Positions 11,130 through 21,131 of a DNA stretch of 64,000 bases are shown here, piece by piece. The DNA lies in contig CAVWCX010000027.1 of assembly GCA_963753595.1 (NCBI GenBank), forward strand, positions 1-64,000. The letters run 5' to 3'. The translations under genes were made by a program, and so were the position numbers. The notes under the pieces are model-generated. The model did not search any database. It worked only from the letters and a program-made list of their open reading frames with translations, and was not told where the DNA came from. This DNA is from Candidatus Methanoperedenaceae archaeon. GTDB taxonomy: Archaea > Halobacteriota > Methanosarcinia > Methanosarcinales > Methanoperedenaceae. The number at the start of each line of letters is the position of its first letter. Position 1 is the first letter of the stretch.

Positions 11130-13300
11130 ATGGAAAAACTGAAAGTTAATTTAAAAAATTGTTATGGTATTAAAAAACTTCAACATGAGTTTGATTTTTC
11201 TAATTGTAATACTTATGCAATATATGCTGGAAATGGGATGATGAAAACTTCATTTGCAAGAACTTTTAAGGATTTAAGTACAGGGGAAGATTCAAAAGAT
11301 TTAATGCATCCGGAAATGAAAACTGTTCGACAAATAGTATATGAAAATGGTAATTCCGTAAGTGAAGATCAAGTTTTTGTTATGGAGCCCTATAACCAAG
11401 AGTTTGAACCAGAAAAAATTTCTACATTATTGGTAAAAAAAGAATTAAAAGATAAGTATGATAAAATTTATCTTGAAATTAATATAAAAAAAGGAGAACT
11501 TTTAAAAAAGCTAAAACCCTTATCAGGCCTTAAGAATGATATTGATGAAGAACTTTCTGCAACATTTGATAAAAATAAAAACGATTTTTTTATTTGTCTG
11601 GAAATTTTAGAAAAAGAAATTTTAAATGGAAAACCATCGGAATTTGCTGACATTTATTATAACGAAATTTTTAATGACAAAGTTATTGATTTTTTGAATA
11701 ATGAAAATAATAGACAAAAACTGAACGAATATATTGAAAAATATAATGATATAATTGCTTCTTCAACTTATTTTAAAAAGGGAGTTTTTAATCATAACAA
11801 TGCTTCGACAATATCTAAAAATTTAAATGATAATGGATTTTTTGACGCGAAACATTCTGTTTCTTTAAACACTGAAAAAGGCAAAAATGAAATATGTACA
11901 ACACAAGAAGAATTAGATAAAGTAATCAAAGAAGAAAAGGATAAAATTCTAAACGATCCAGAATTAAAAAAGAGATTCGATGCTATTGATAAACTAATAA
12001 CAAAAAACGCAGAGTTGAAGAAATTTCGTAAATATTTAGAAGATAATCAACAAATACTCCCAGAATTAATGGATTTAGATACTTTTAAGAAAAAATTGTG
12101 GATCTCGTATTTAAAAAATGAAATAGATTCCTATGAAGAATTGCTTAAACTATATCAATCGGGAAAAAAAGAAATAGAAAAAATAATTAGTAAAGCAACA
12201 GAAGAAAAAACAGATTGGGAGAATGTAATAAATGAGTTTAATAGAAGATTCTTTGTTCCATTCAGACTTAATATCGAAAATAAAGAGGATGTTATTTTAA
12301 AAAATGATGTCCCCACTATTGCATTCACATTTGAGGATTCTAGCGGCGAAGCAGAAGTTGAAAAAGAAGAATTATTAAATGTACTTAGTACTGGTGAAAG
12401 AAGAGCATTGTATATTCTAAATATTATTTTTGAAGTTGAAGCAAGAAAAAAGGAATCCATAGAGACTTTATTCATTATTGACGACATAGCAGATTCTTTT
12501 GATTATAAAAATAAATATGCAATTATTGAATATTTAAAAGAAATTTCTAAAGAAGATATTTTTCAATCAATAATATTGACTCATAATTTTGATTTTTTTA
12601 GAACCCTTGAAAATAGGAATATTGTTGAGTACAAGAATTGTTGCATGGTAAAAAAAACAGATAAGGAAGTTAAATTAATTAAAGCAGATTATATACAAAA
12701 TCCATTTTTATGGTGGAAAAAGCATTTAGAAACAAAAAATGAAATGTTGGTAGCATCTATCCCATTTGTAAGGAATCTTGTTGAGTACACAAAAGGAAAG
12801 AAAGATTTAGATTATATAACATTAACATCAATGTTGCATATAAAGAGTGATTCTGAATATATATATATTAATATTAAAAATTATTATTAATATAACTAAT
12901 ATATACTTGCAATATATACCTTTAAATAACAGTGCTACCAAAGTGAATAGATTTAATATTCAAAATTGCAGACGATTGTTCAGTTCCTGATGAAATTGCA
13001 AGCCTAGAAAATAAAGTCGTTTTATCAATTGGTATAAGATTAAAAGCTGAGAAGTATATGATTAATAAAATAAATGACCCATCAAAGACAATGGTCATTA
13101 AGGGTAAGCAAACAAGGATATTATTTGAACTGTTTAAAAACGAATTTAGTGGGGATGTAGACAGTATTAAGATTCTAGAACAAGTTAATTTGATGACTCC
13201 AGAAAATATACATTTAAATTCTTTTATGTACGAACCTATTTTGGATATGTCGGATTTTCATTTGAAAGAGTTATATTCCAATGTAAAAGCTCTTATTTGA
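11130..13300 (+). CDS. Low-GC ABC/SMC-type ATPase with coiled coil (AAA_13-like), interrupted at about 12860-12950
   Basis: Walker A AGNGMMKTS, signature LSTGE, Walker B IIDDIADSFD, H-loop LTHNFDF. The reading frame resumes near 12952 (LIFKIADDC...LENKVVLSIGIRLKAEKYM) in frame with ORF 13058-13300. Confidence 0.75.
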
Positions 13301-13551
13301 ATGAAAAAAAATCTCCCAATCTTGAAGATGGGGGCGCCTGTGCCATCAAAGGCGACCATGAAAACTGAATATATATCCACCCCGTCATTTTGCATATAGC
13401 AATCGTTTGAAAATCCTCTGATTGCGCCGTGTACTATTTATATTGAAGATCAAGTTTAACTTGCTGCATTTCTTGTCATTAAGGTACAAAGATTGTATAT
13501 AACAAGTTCAATAAATACACCAATTTCACTATTGGGAAAACACTACCAAGA

Positions 13552-14691
13552 TTACAACAACCCAATATTGCTCTTCCTCACGACCTCGTCATAATTCTTA
13601 ACCCCGAGTATCTTTTCGATCATATCAGAATGCTTCCCCTTGATACTGGCAAGCTCTGACGATGTATAATCAGTGATGCCCTTTGCGAACACTTTTCCTT
13701 CGCTCTCTATTTCGATAATATCCCCGCGGTCAAACGTCCCTGCGACCTCGACAATTCCCGAAGGCAAAAGCCCCATACCTTTTTTAACCGCATCTTTTGC
13801 GCCTTTATCAACGATCAGCTTTCCCGATGTTTTGGACAGGATTATCCAGCGCGTCCTGTTCTTGGATTTACCGTTGCGGGCAAGGAACAGCGTACCGATA
13901 TTATCGCCGCTTATAACCTTGATTACCACATCATCGATGGCGCTGTTAGCGATTACCATGTGGCATCCTGCCATTGAGGTTATTTTGGCCGCCTCAATTT
14001 TTGTCCTCATCCCGCCAACACCTTTTGTGCTTGTGGGGCTCCCGCCATAGCTTTCGATTTCGGGAGTGATATTCTCCACAGTGCTGATGAGCCTGGCATT
14101 TTCGTTTTTCTTTGGATTCTTATTATATAATCCATCGATATCAGATAAAAGGACAAGGAGTTCAGCCTCGACCTTGCTTGCAACCATTGCTGAAAGTTTG
14201 TCATTATCACCAAAGGTCGCCTCGATCTCATGTACGCAGATCGGGTCGTTTTCATTGATGATCGGAACTACACCTGCATCAAGGAGCGCCGAGATGCTGT
14301 TCCTGAGATTAAGATATGTCATCCTGTTTGAGAAGGCTTCGTATGTCAACAATATCTGCGCAACTTTAAGATCATGTTTATTAAAAGCAGTCATCCATTC
14401 CTGCATAAGGATATTCTGCCCGACGGCTGCAGCGGCCTGGCGAAGCGGGATCTCACGGGGATGCGCCTGCATTTTTAACTCGGTCACACCGATACCGATA
14501 GCTCCAGAGCTTACGATTATTACGGTCTTTCCGAGTTTACTAAGATGTGCGACCTGGTTTGCGATGTCTTCGGTCAGCCTGCGGTTAAAGCTCCCGTCTT
14601 CGTTGGATAAGGAAGATGTACCAATTTTTAAGACTATCCTTTTCAGGTCTTTAAAAAGCGCCTTTCGATCAATGTTTTCAATTGGGTCCAT
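13552..14691 (-). CDS. proB: Glutamate 5-kinase
   Basis: KIGTSSL, VSSGA, AAVGQ, NEND, FGDND, GGMRTK motifs and C-terminal PUA domain. Confidence 0.96.
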   Translation of the reverse strand: MDPIENIDRKALFKDLKRIVLKIGTSSLSNEDGSFNRRLTEDIANQVAHLSKLGKTVIIVSSGAIGIGVTELKMQAHPREIPLRQAAAAVGQNILMQEWMTAFNKHDLKVAQILLTYEAFSNRMTYLNLRNSISALLDAGVVPIINENDPICVHEIEATFGDNDKLSAMVASKVEAELLVLLSDIDGLYNKNPKKNENARLISTVENITPEIESYGGSPTSTKGVGGMRTKIEAAKITSMAGCHMVIANSAIDDVVIKVISGDNIGTLFLARNGKSKNRTRWIILSKTSGKLIVDKGAKDAVKKGMGLLPSGIVEVAGTFDRGDIIEIESEGKVFAKGITDYTSSELASIKGKHSDMIEKILGVKNYDEVVRKSNIGLL

Positions 14692-14697
14692 AGATCC

Positions 14698-16047
14698 TTA
14701 TCCCATTTTTTCGCAAAGTTCTGATTTTAGCTTTTTATGGGTGTATTTCCTGGCATTCTTTCCCACATAATCAGCGACCTTATGACCATTACCCAGAAGC
14801 GCATACTTGTAAATAAGGAGCCCTTCCATTCCTACAGGCCCGCGCGCGTGGATCTTGTTCGTGCTTATGCCGACTTCGGCTCCTTTCCCGTAACGGAACC
14901 CGTCTGCAAAGCGTGTGGATGCATTCCACATCACGCTGGATGAGTCCACAAGGTCTATGAACCTGCTGGCTGTGGTCTTGTTTTGCGTAATGATAGCATC
15001 TGTATGATGTGACCCGTATTTGTTAATATGGTCGATCGCTTCTTCTATCGAATCCACTATTTTTATTGAGAGTATCAGGTCATTGTACTCCGTTTTCCAG
15101 TCCTCTTCTGTCGCATGGATAATTGCCTTCAGGAAGCCCTTATTTTGAAGAATTTCAAATGATCTCTCATCGCACCTGAGTTCTACTCCTGCTGCATCGT
15201 ATTTCCAACACATTTCGGGAAGAAATGTTCCTGCAATATCCTTATGAACAAGCAGTGTCTCCATGGCATTGCAGACCGCAGCATACTGGACTTTGGAGTC
15301 ATAACAAACATCAAATGCTTTTTTCATGTCCGCTTCTTTGTCCACATACACATGGCAGATACCTGAAGAGTGTCCAAGCACAGGGATTCGCGTGTTATCC
15401 TGGATATATTTCACGAACTCATTTGAGCCCCTGGGAATGATGAGGTTTATATAATCATCAAGTTTTAGCATCTCGTTTACTTCTTCCCTTGTTTCCATAA
15501 GGGCAAATGCGCCTTGCGGCATCCCTTCTGTACTTTCGATGGCTTTGGTGAGCACATCAAATATCGCCCTGTTGGAATTACCTGCCTCGCTTCCGCCCTT
15601 AAATATGGTGGCATTCCCGCTTTTCAGGCAAAGCGACATTATCTGGGGGACCACGTCAGGACGGGATTCAAAAATTACACCGATCAACCCGATAGGACAG
15701 CTTACCTGGTATAATTCAAGACCGCTGTCAAGCTCAAGGGCAGAAAGTGTTTTCCCGACCGGGTCTTCAAATTTAAGTACGTCCCTGACCCCTGCTATCA
15801 TTTCATCTATTTTTGTATCGTCAACTTTCAGACGTTTGACAAGTGATCTTGAGAGCTTGCCTGCCTCTGCCAGCTTTTCTGCCGCTGATATGTCTTTTTT
15901 ATTTGCCGAAATTATTATTTCCCGGTTCGAATCAAGCGCCTGTGCCATTGCAGCAAGTGCGCTGTTCTTGATGGCGCCGGAAACGCTTGCAAGAGGAATT
16001 GAGGCGCTTTTTGCAAGTTTCACTTTGGTTATGATATCGTTGGACAT
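14698..16047 (-). CDS. proA: Gamma-glutamyl phosphate reductase
   Basis: IFESRP, KGGSEA, IPRGS, CNAMETLLVH, NASTRFADG, GISTNKIHARGPVG. Confidence 0.96.
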   Translation of the reverse strand: MSNDIITKVKLAKSASIPLASVSGAIKNSALAAMAQALDSNREIIISANKKDISAAEKLAEAGKLSRSLVKRLKVDDTKIDEMIAGVRDVLKFEDPVGKTLSALELDSGLELYQVSCPIGLIGVIFESRPDVVPQIMSLCLKSGNATIFKGGSEAGNSNRAIFDVLTKAIESTEGMPQGAFALMETREEVNEMLKLDDYINLIIPRGSNEFVKYIQDNTRIPVLGHSSGICHVYVDKEADMKKAFDVCYDSKVQYAAVCNAMETLLVHKDIAGTFLPEMCWKYDAAGVELRCDERSFEILQNKGFLKAIIHATEEDWKTEYNDLILSIKIVDSIEEAIDHINKYGSHHTDAIITQNKTTASRFIDLVDSSSVMWNASTRFADGFRYGKGAEVGISTNKIHARGPVGMEGLLIYKYALLGNGHKVADYVGKNARKYTHKKLKSELCEKMG

Positions 16048-16121
16048 GATCGAGAAAGACCTTGTATTTAAATCTGGATTCTTTTACATCATTTTAGTTT
16101 TTATAGATATAGTTTTTTATT

Positions 16122-16423
16122 TTAACCAAATAACTCCTTCAGCGCCTGTGCGGCTATATAGATGCAGCCCACACCGCTCAGGTATTGCGCAACTCTTAAC
16201 GCTTCTGTGATCTCTTCTTTTGTAGCTCCGGCGTCCATTGCCTGCTGGGCCAGTGATTTTACACCTGTTACAGTTCCATAGGATGCATCAAAGGCCATGC
16301 CTATGAGTAACTTGAATTTCCGGGGCAACGCACCTTCTGCAAAAACGAATTCACTGGAATTTGTAACGTGCCTGAGAAGTTCCGGATTAATTTTTCATAA
16401 ATTTTTAAGGGGTGTTCGGTCAT
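16122..16423 (-). CDS. Carboxymuconolactone decarboxylase family protein, 1-nt frameshift near 16393
   Basis: MTEHPLKIYEK from the ATG at 16423 joins INPELLRHV...EGALPRKFKLLIGMA...AGATKEEITEAL if one A is added to the A5 run. Confidence 0.8.
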
Positions 16424-16482
16424 ATTATCCGAATAGAATTGGATCATTATAAAATATTTGTCTCATGGCTTCATGGAAATCT

Positions 16483-17139
16483 TCATGCGAACTTTACGCC
16501 AAGGTCAGAGAGCTGGTTGCGGATTGCAAGATTGATCAGGAAAGGCGTCAGGGACTCGATCATATAAGAGGATGCAAGACCTCCTCCATCAAGAGGGCGC
16601 AGGTTCTTGATCTGATGTGTTAATTCCATAACGGTTTTCTTGGCTGCATTATCATCTCCGCAAACGACCACATCCAGATCAAGGCTTAAATCTAAATTAG
16701 CCAATTTTCGTGCTGAAACATTATGGTATGATGAAACAACCTTCACAGATCCGGGGAGAATTTCCTGGATCTCAACTGCTGCACTTCCATGTTTTGGAGG
16801 TGTGAATTCAAACCATTTGTTCTTCTTCATGGGAACCACCAGCGAGATCACGATCTGGTCATTGAAACAAGGACTCAGTTTTTCAAGAAGTGATACCACA
16901 CCCTGGTAGGGCACGGAAAGTACTACCACATCTGCGTCCTCAATACCAGCTTCATTCCCGCATCCTGTTATTCCATAACATTGAATTCCCTTATTTGAAA
17001 GCATATCTGTATAATCACTGGCGACATTGACAGCCCTTTCAATTTCACGGGAACATACGAGTATTTCGTGTTTTTCAGCCCAGCGAAGAGCGAATCCTTC
17101 TCCGATGCTGCCTGTTCCTCCGAGTATTGCTATTTTCAT
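16483..17139 (-). CDS. npdG: F420H2:NADP+ oxidoreductase
   Basis: GGTGSIG, SR, HNVSA, LRPLDGG, IESLTPFLI. Confidence 0.92.
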   Translation of the reverse strand: MKIAILGGTGSIGEGFALRWAEKHEILVCSREIERAVNVASDYTDMLSNKGIQCYGITGCGNEAGIEDADVVVLSVPYQGVVSLLEKLSPCFNDQIVISLVVPMKKNKWFEFTPPKHGSAAVEIQEILPGSVKVVSSYHNVSARKLANLDLSLDLDVVVCGDDNAAKKTVMELTHQIKNLRPLDGGGLASSYMIESLTPFLINLAIRNQLSDLGVKFA

Positions 17140-17234
17140 TGTTTTTCTATTTCCTTATGGATTTTTCACATTATGCATATTTTTCCCGTGTTTCAAAAAA
17201 TGGAAAAGATACGGGGAAAAATCCCCGCAATTAC

Positions 17235-18482
17235 TTATATCCTGCCGCGAAGCTGCATTGCTTTGACCACGCGCCCGACCGCAACTACATAGGCGGCTTT
17301 TCGCATGTTGATATTGTACTTTTTAGAAGCATTGAGCGTAGCATGATATGCGCTTGTCATCTTCTTGTCCAGGCGCTCGTGAACAAGAGCCTCATCCCAG
17401 TAATACATGTAGAAGTTCTGTACCATTTCGAAATAAGATACAGTAACTCCGCCTGCATTGGCAAGGAAATCGGGGATTACATGGACACCGTTATTGTACA
17501 GGATATCATCTGCTTCAGGCGTTGTAGGCCCGTTTGCCAGTTCACATAATATTTTGGCCTTGATATTTGATGCATTGTCACCTGTGATAACGCCCTCAAG
17601 CGCCGCAGGGATCAACAGATCAACATCCAGTTCCAGAAGTTCTTCATTAGATATAGATTCGCTTTCAGGGAAACCCACAACTGAACCGGTCTTTTCCTTA
17701 TGTTTGATGACATCTTGCGCGTTAAGTCCCGCTTTATTCATAATGCCGCCTTTGCTATCGCTTAAGGCTATTATCTTACAGCCAAATAGTGATGAGACCA
17801 AAATTCCGGCGAAGTGACCGGCATTTCCAAAGCCCTGTATGGCCACAGTAGCGCCTTTAAGGTTAATGCCCAGATTCTTGGCAGCCTCACGGATGGTATA
17901 ACAGCCGCCCCGCGCAGTTGCATCTCCACGACCTGCAGAACCGCCCAATTCAAGAGGCTTGCCGGTGATCAAGCCAAACTGGTTCTTCTGGTAAATTTTT
18001 GAAAACTCGTCCATCATCCAGGCCATTATCTGCGGAGTTGTATAAACATCAGGAGCAGGTACGTCTTTTTCCGGACCCACTATCTCGGATATTGACTGGA
18101 TATATGCCCTGCTTAAGCGTTCCAGTTCGCCAATGGATAATTCTTTAGGATTGCAGATCACTCCTCCTTTTCCCCCGCCAAGAGGTACGTCCACAATGGA
18201 CGTTTTCCACGTCATCCATGCTGCAAGTGCTCGCACTGTATCTATAGTCTCATCAGGATGGAACCTGATCCCTCCTTTCATTGGTCCGCGAGCATTATTA
18301 TATTGCACCCTGAATCCCTGGAATACGCGGATTTTGCCGTTGTCCATACGTACCGGTATAGACATATGCATCTCACGCATCGGGACCCTGAGGATCTCTC
18401 TTACGCTATCATCCAATTCCAATATTCTTGCACATTCATCCAATTGCCTTTGAGCAATCTCAAACGGGTTATTTTCTGACAT
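17235..18482 (-). CDS. gdhA: Glutamate dehydrogenase
   Basis: KGGIRFHP, GGGKGG, DVPAPDV, GFGNAG, ELANGP, ANAGGVTVSYFE. Confidence 0.96.
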   Translation of the reverse strand: MSENNPFEIAQRQLDECARILELDDSVREILRVPMREMHMSIPVRMDNGKIRVFQGFRVQYNNARGPMKGGIRFHPDETIDTVRALAAWMTWKTSIVDVPLGGGKGGVICNPKELSIGELERLSRAYIQSISEIVGPEKDVPAPDVYTTPQIMAWMMDEFSKIYQKNQFGLITGKPLELGGSAGRGDATARGGCYTIREAAKNLGINLKGATVAIQGFGNAGHFAGILVSSLFGCKIIALSDSKGGIMNKAGLNAQDVIKHKEKTGSVVGFPESESISNEELLELDVDLLIPAALEGVITGDNASNIKAKILCELANGPTTPEADDILYNNGVHVIPDFLANAGGVTVSYFEMVQNFYMYYWDEALVHERLDKKMTSAYHATLNASKKYNINMRKAAYVVAVGRVVKAMQLRGRI

Positions 18483-18688
18483 TTTTTTGCACCTCTTTAT
18501 ATAACCTCATATTTATATATTATATAATTAATTATATTTCACCTTGGGGAGTCCTTTAAAACCTGCTTTTGATTTGCATGTTTCAGTATTGATCAGGCAC
18601 TCATGCCTGACATGCGAGCACCACTTACCTACTATATACTATTTAAGGATAGGACATTTGTAATGAATAATCATATTATTTATAGTAG

Positions 18689-18744
18689 GGAAACCACCTT
18701 CCGGTTCCTTGAGCATAATATTTATATAGAGGAAACCACCTTCC
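18689..18744 (+). promoter_or_regulatory. Two NrpR-type operators flanking a TATA box
   Basis: GGAA-ACCACC-TTCC at 18689-18702 and 18731-18744 (consensus GGAA-N6-TTCC); TTTATATA at 18721-18728. Confidence 0.8.
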
Positions 18745-18816
18745 GGTTCCTTGTAATATTGTAGAAGATTGCCTGTCTGAATAGACGGAGTCATCTTCTT
18801 CCCAACAGGAGGAAAA

Positions 18817-20406
18817 ATGAATCTTAGACAACCAAATGCGAATGAAGCGACGCAGACCTATAATCGCTCAAAGAGCGTATCCCCGATGTCAGGGATATGC
18901 ACCCGGTGTGTTGACGGATGCCGTGGGAATTGCGAAATTTTCAAATCCTCATTCAGAGGCCGAGAAGTAATTTATCCTGGCCCCTACGGGAATATAACCG
19001 CAGGCGCGGACAAGAACTACCCCATAGATTACTCACACCTGAACATACAGGGCTATGCAGTGGGCGCATGGGGACTTCCCAATGGAGAAGAAGCAAACCC
19101 TGATACTGCCAGATTCCCGAGGGTCAATACGGAGACCGAATACGGCTGGGATAGAAAGATCAGGATGAAATTGCCTATTTTCACGGGGGCTCTTGGTTCA
19201 ACCGAAGTCGCGAGGAAAAACTGGGAACACTTTGCAGCAGGCGCAGCAATATCCGGCATCACGATTGTATGCGGTGAAAATGTATGCGGTATCGATCCGG
19301 GACTTATTCTTGACAGCAACAAGAAAATCAAGAAATCACCCGAAATGGACCGCAGGATTACAACTTATAATAAATATCATGAAGGCTTTGGCGAAATCCT
19401 CGTCCAGATGAACGTTGAAGATACAAGACTCGGTGTTGCCGAATATGTATCATCAAAGCATGACCTTGATACCATTGAGTTAAAATGGGGACAGGGCGCA
19501 AAATGCATTGGCGGAGAGATCAAAGTCAATAGCATCGAGCGCGCAGTTGAACTTAAGAAACGCGGATATATCGTTACTCCCGACCCGGAAGACCACGCAA
19601 TAAAGGCCGCATATAAGGACGGGGCAATAAAAGAATTCGAGAGACATTCAAGACTTGGATTTGTCACAAAAGAAGGATTCTTTGACGAAGTAGATCGTCT
19701 CCGTGACCTTGGTTTCAAGAGGGTCACACTCAAGACCGGCGCTTATTCCATGGTTGAAGCTGCAATGGCAATTAAATACTGTTCAGAAGCAAAGATCGAC
19801 CTTCTCACAATAGACGGCGCACCTGGCGGAACAGGCATGAGCCCATGGCCCATGATGGAAGAATGGGGTATCCCGACATTCTATCTCCAGTCCCTTATCT
19901 ATGAGTTCGCAGAAAAGATGAGCAAGAAAGGCATGAGAGTACCAGACCTTGCAATGGCAGGCGGCTTCTCAAGCGAAGACGGTGTTTACAAGGCTCTTGC
20001 AATGGGCGCGCCATACTTCAAGGCAGTATGTATGGGAAGAGCACTCATGATCCCCGGATTCGTAGGCAAGAATATTGGGCAGTGGATAAAAGACGGCGAC
20101 TTACCCAAGACTGTTTCCGAGTTCGGAAGCAGGCCCGAAGAGATCTTCGTTTGTTATGAAGAACTCGCAGACCGCTTCGGTGAGGATATAAAGAATCTTC
20201 CTCTTGGCGCAATTGGCGTTTATACCTATGCCCAGAAATTCAGGACAGGCTTGCAGCAATTGATGGCAGGCTCACGCAGGTTCAATGTTTCAACTATCGG
20301 GCGCCAGGATATAATGGCACTGACAGAAGACGCATCAAAAGTTTCCGGCATTCCATATGTGATGAATGCATACAGGGACGTTGCAGAAGCAATTCTGGAT
20401 GAATAA
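18817..20406 (+). CDS. FMN-binding glutamate synthase family protein (stand-alone GltB FMN domain)
   Basis: N-terminal CxxCxxxCxxxC, IELKWGQGAK, DGAPGGTG, ALAMGA...MGRA; SD GGAGGA upstream. Confidence 0.9.
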   Translation: MNLRQPNANEATQTYNRSKSVSPMSGICTRCVDGCRGNCEIFKSSFRGREVIYPGPYGNITAGADKNYPIDYSHLNIQGYAVGAWGLPNGEEANPDTARFPRVNTETEYGWDRKIRMKLPIFTGALGSTEVARKNWEHFAAGAAISGITIVCGENVCGIDPGLILDSNKKIKKSPEMDRRITTYNKYHEGFGEILVQMNVEDTRLGVAEYVSSKHDLDTIELKWGQGAKCIGGEIKVNSIERAVELKKRGYIVTPDPEDHAIKAAYKDGAIKEFERHSRLGFVTKEGFFDEVDRLRDLGFKRVTLKTGAYSMVEAAMAIKYCSEAKIDLLTIDGAPGGTGMSPWPMMEEWGIPTFYLQSLIYEFAEKMSKKGMRVPDLAMAGGFSSEDGVYKALAMGAPYFKAVCMGRALMIPGFVGKNIGQWIKDGDLPKTVSEFGSRPEEIFVCYEELADRFGEDIKNLPLGAIGVYTYAQKFRTGLQQLMAGSRRFNVSTIGRQDIMALTEDASKVSGIPYVMNAYRDVAEAILDE

Positions 20407-20534
20407 AATATCCCTGGATTGATTGGATCAGTAACCGCAGATGGATTTTTTCTTCTGTCTGCGGCCAATATTTTTTTAAATCAGTCAAAAATGCTCCCAT
20501 CCGGATAGCAGAGTATACTGATACACATTTACGA

Positions 20535-20834
20535 CTATCGCTCGCTGCATTTAAACATTTCTTTCATGTCATAAAATGCCTTGCAGAAGAAATTGCAGGC
20601 AGAATTCAATTCTTTTTTTCCTTTATCAGTTAAAGAATAGTATTTTTTCTCATCTGATTCTATCAAGCCATTGTCCTTGAGCTCTTTCAAAGCAGGATAT
20701 AGTGTCCCGGGGCTCGGCTTTGTGTTTCTTCTTTTTTCCAGTTCCCTGGATATCTCTGCCCCATTCATTTTCTTCTTGCTTAATATCCACAGTATCAGGT
20801 AGGACAAAAACCCTTTCATATCGCAGCAATTCAT
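20535..20834 (-). CDS. PadR family transcriptional regulator with Cys motifs
   Basis: SPGTLYPALKEL...YYSLTDKGKKEL; likely start MNCCDMKGFL at 20834. Confidence 0.88.
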   Translation of the reverse strand: MNCCDMKGFLSYLILWILSKKKMNGAEISRELEKRRNTKPSPGTLYPALKELKDNGLIESDEKKYYSLTDKGKKELNSACNFFCKAFYDMKEMFKCSER

Positions 20835-20874
20835 GAATATTATATTGGGTACTATGTATAAGAAGGTTGGTTTA

Positions 20875-20930
20875 TATCGGATAACCGACACAATTAAATA
20901 TTCGAACGTCTTATTATCGTATATCCGATA
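20875..20930. promoter_or_regulatory. Two imperfect palindromes, candidate PadR operators
   Basis: TATCGG-ATAA-CCGACA (20875-20890) and TATCGT-ATAT-CCGATA (20915-20930). Confidence 0.6.
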
Positions 20931-20951
20931 TTACGGAGGAGGTGAAATAAA

Positions 20952-21086
20952 ATGAAAACAAAGGAATTCAAAATAACAAGCGACGGAAAGGAGATCGCAA
21001 CCATCGAAACTTCAGATAACGGATTCAACGTAAAATGTACAGAAGAATGCGTTAAACTGTGCAAAGGTTTCAAAGGATGCTGCTAA
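20952..21086 (+). CDS. 44-aa Cys-rich small protein (absent from the ORF track)
   Basis: SD GGAGGAGGTGA, then ATG; MKTKEFKITSDGKEIATIETSDNGFNVKCTEECVKLCKGFKGCC*. Confidence 0.75.
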   Translation: MKTKEFKITSDGKEIATIETSDNGFNVKCTEECVKLCKGFKGCC

Positions 21087-21131
21087 TGCAGCATCTTTTG
21101 TTCATCAGTTAAGATCAAGTTATAAGCTCAG

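Noticed and set aside
20952-21086. Cys-rich peptide as substrate of the radical SAM/SPASM enzyme
   Set aside because: It lies more than 40 kb away and its own PadR context explains it better
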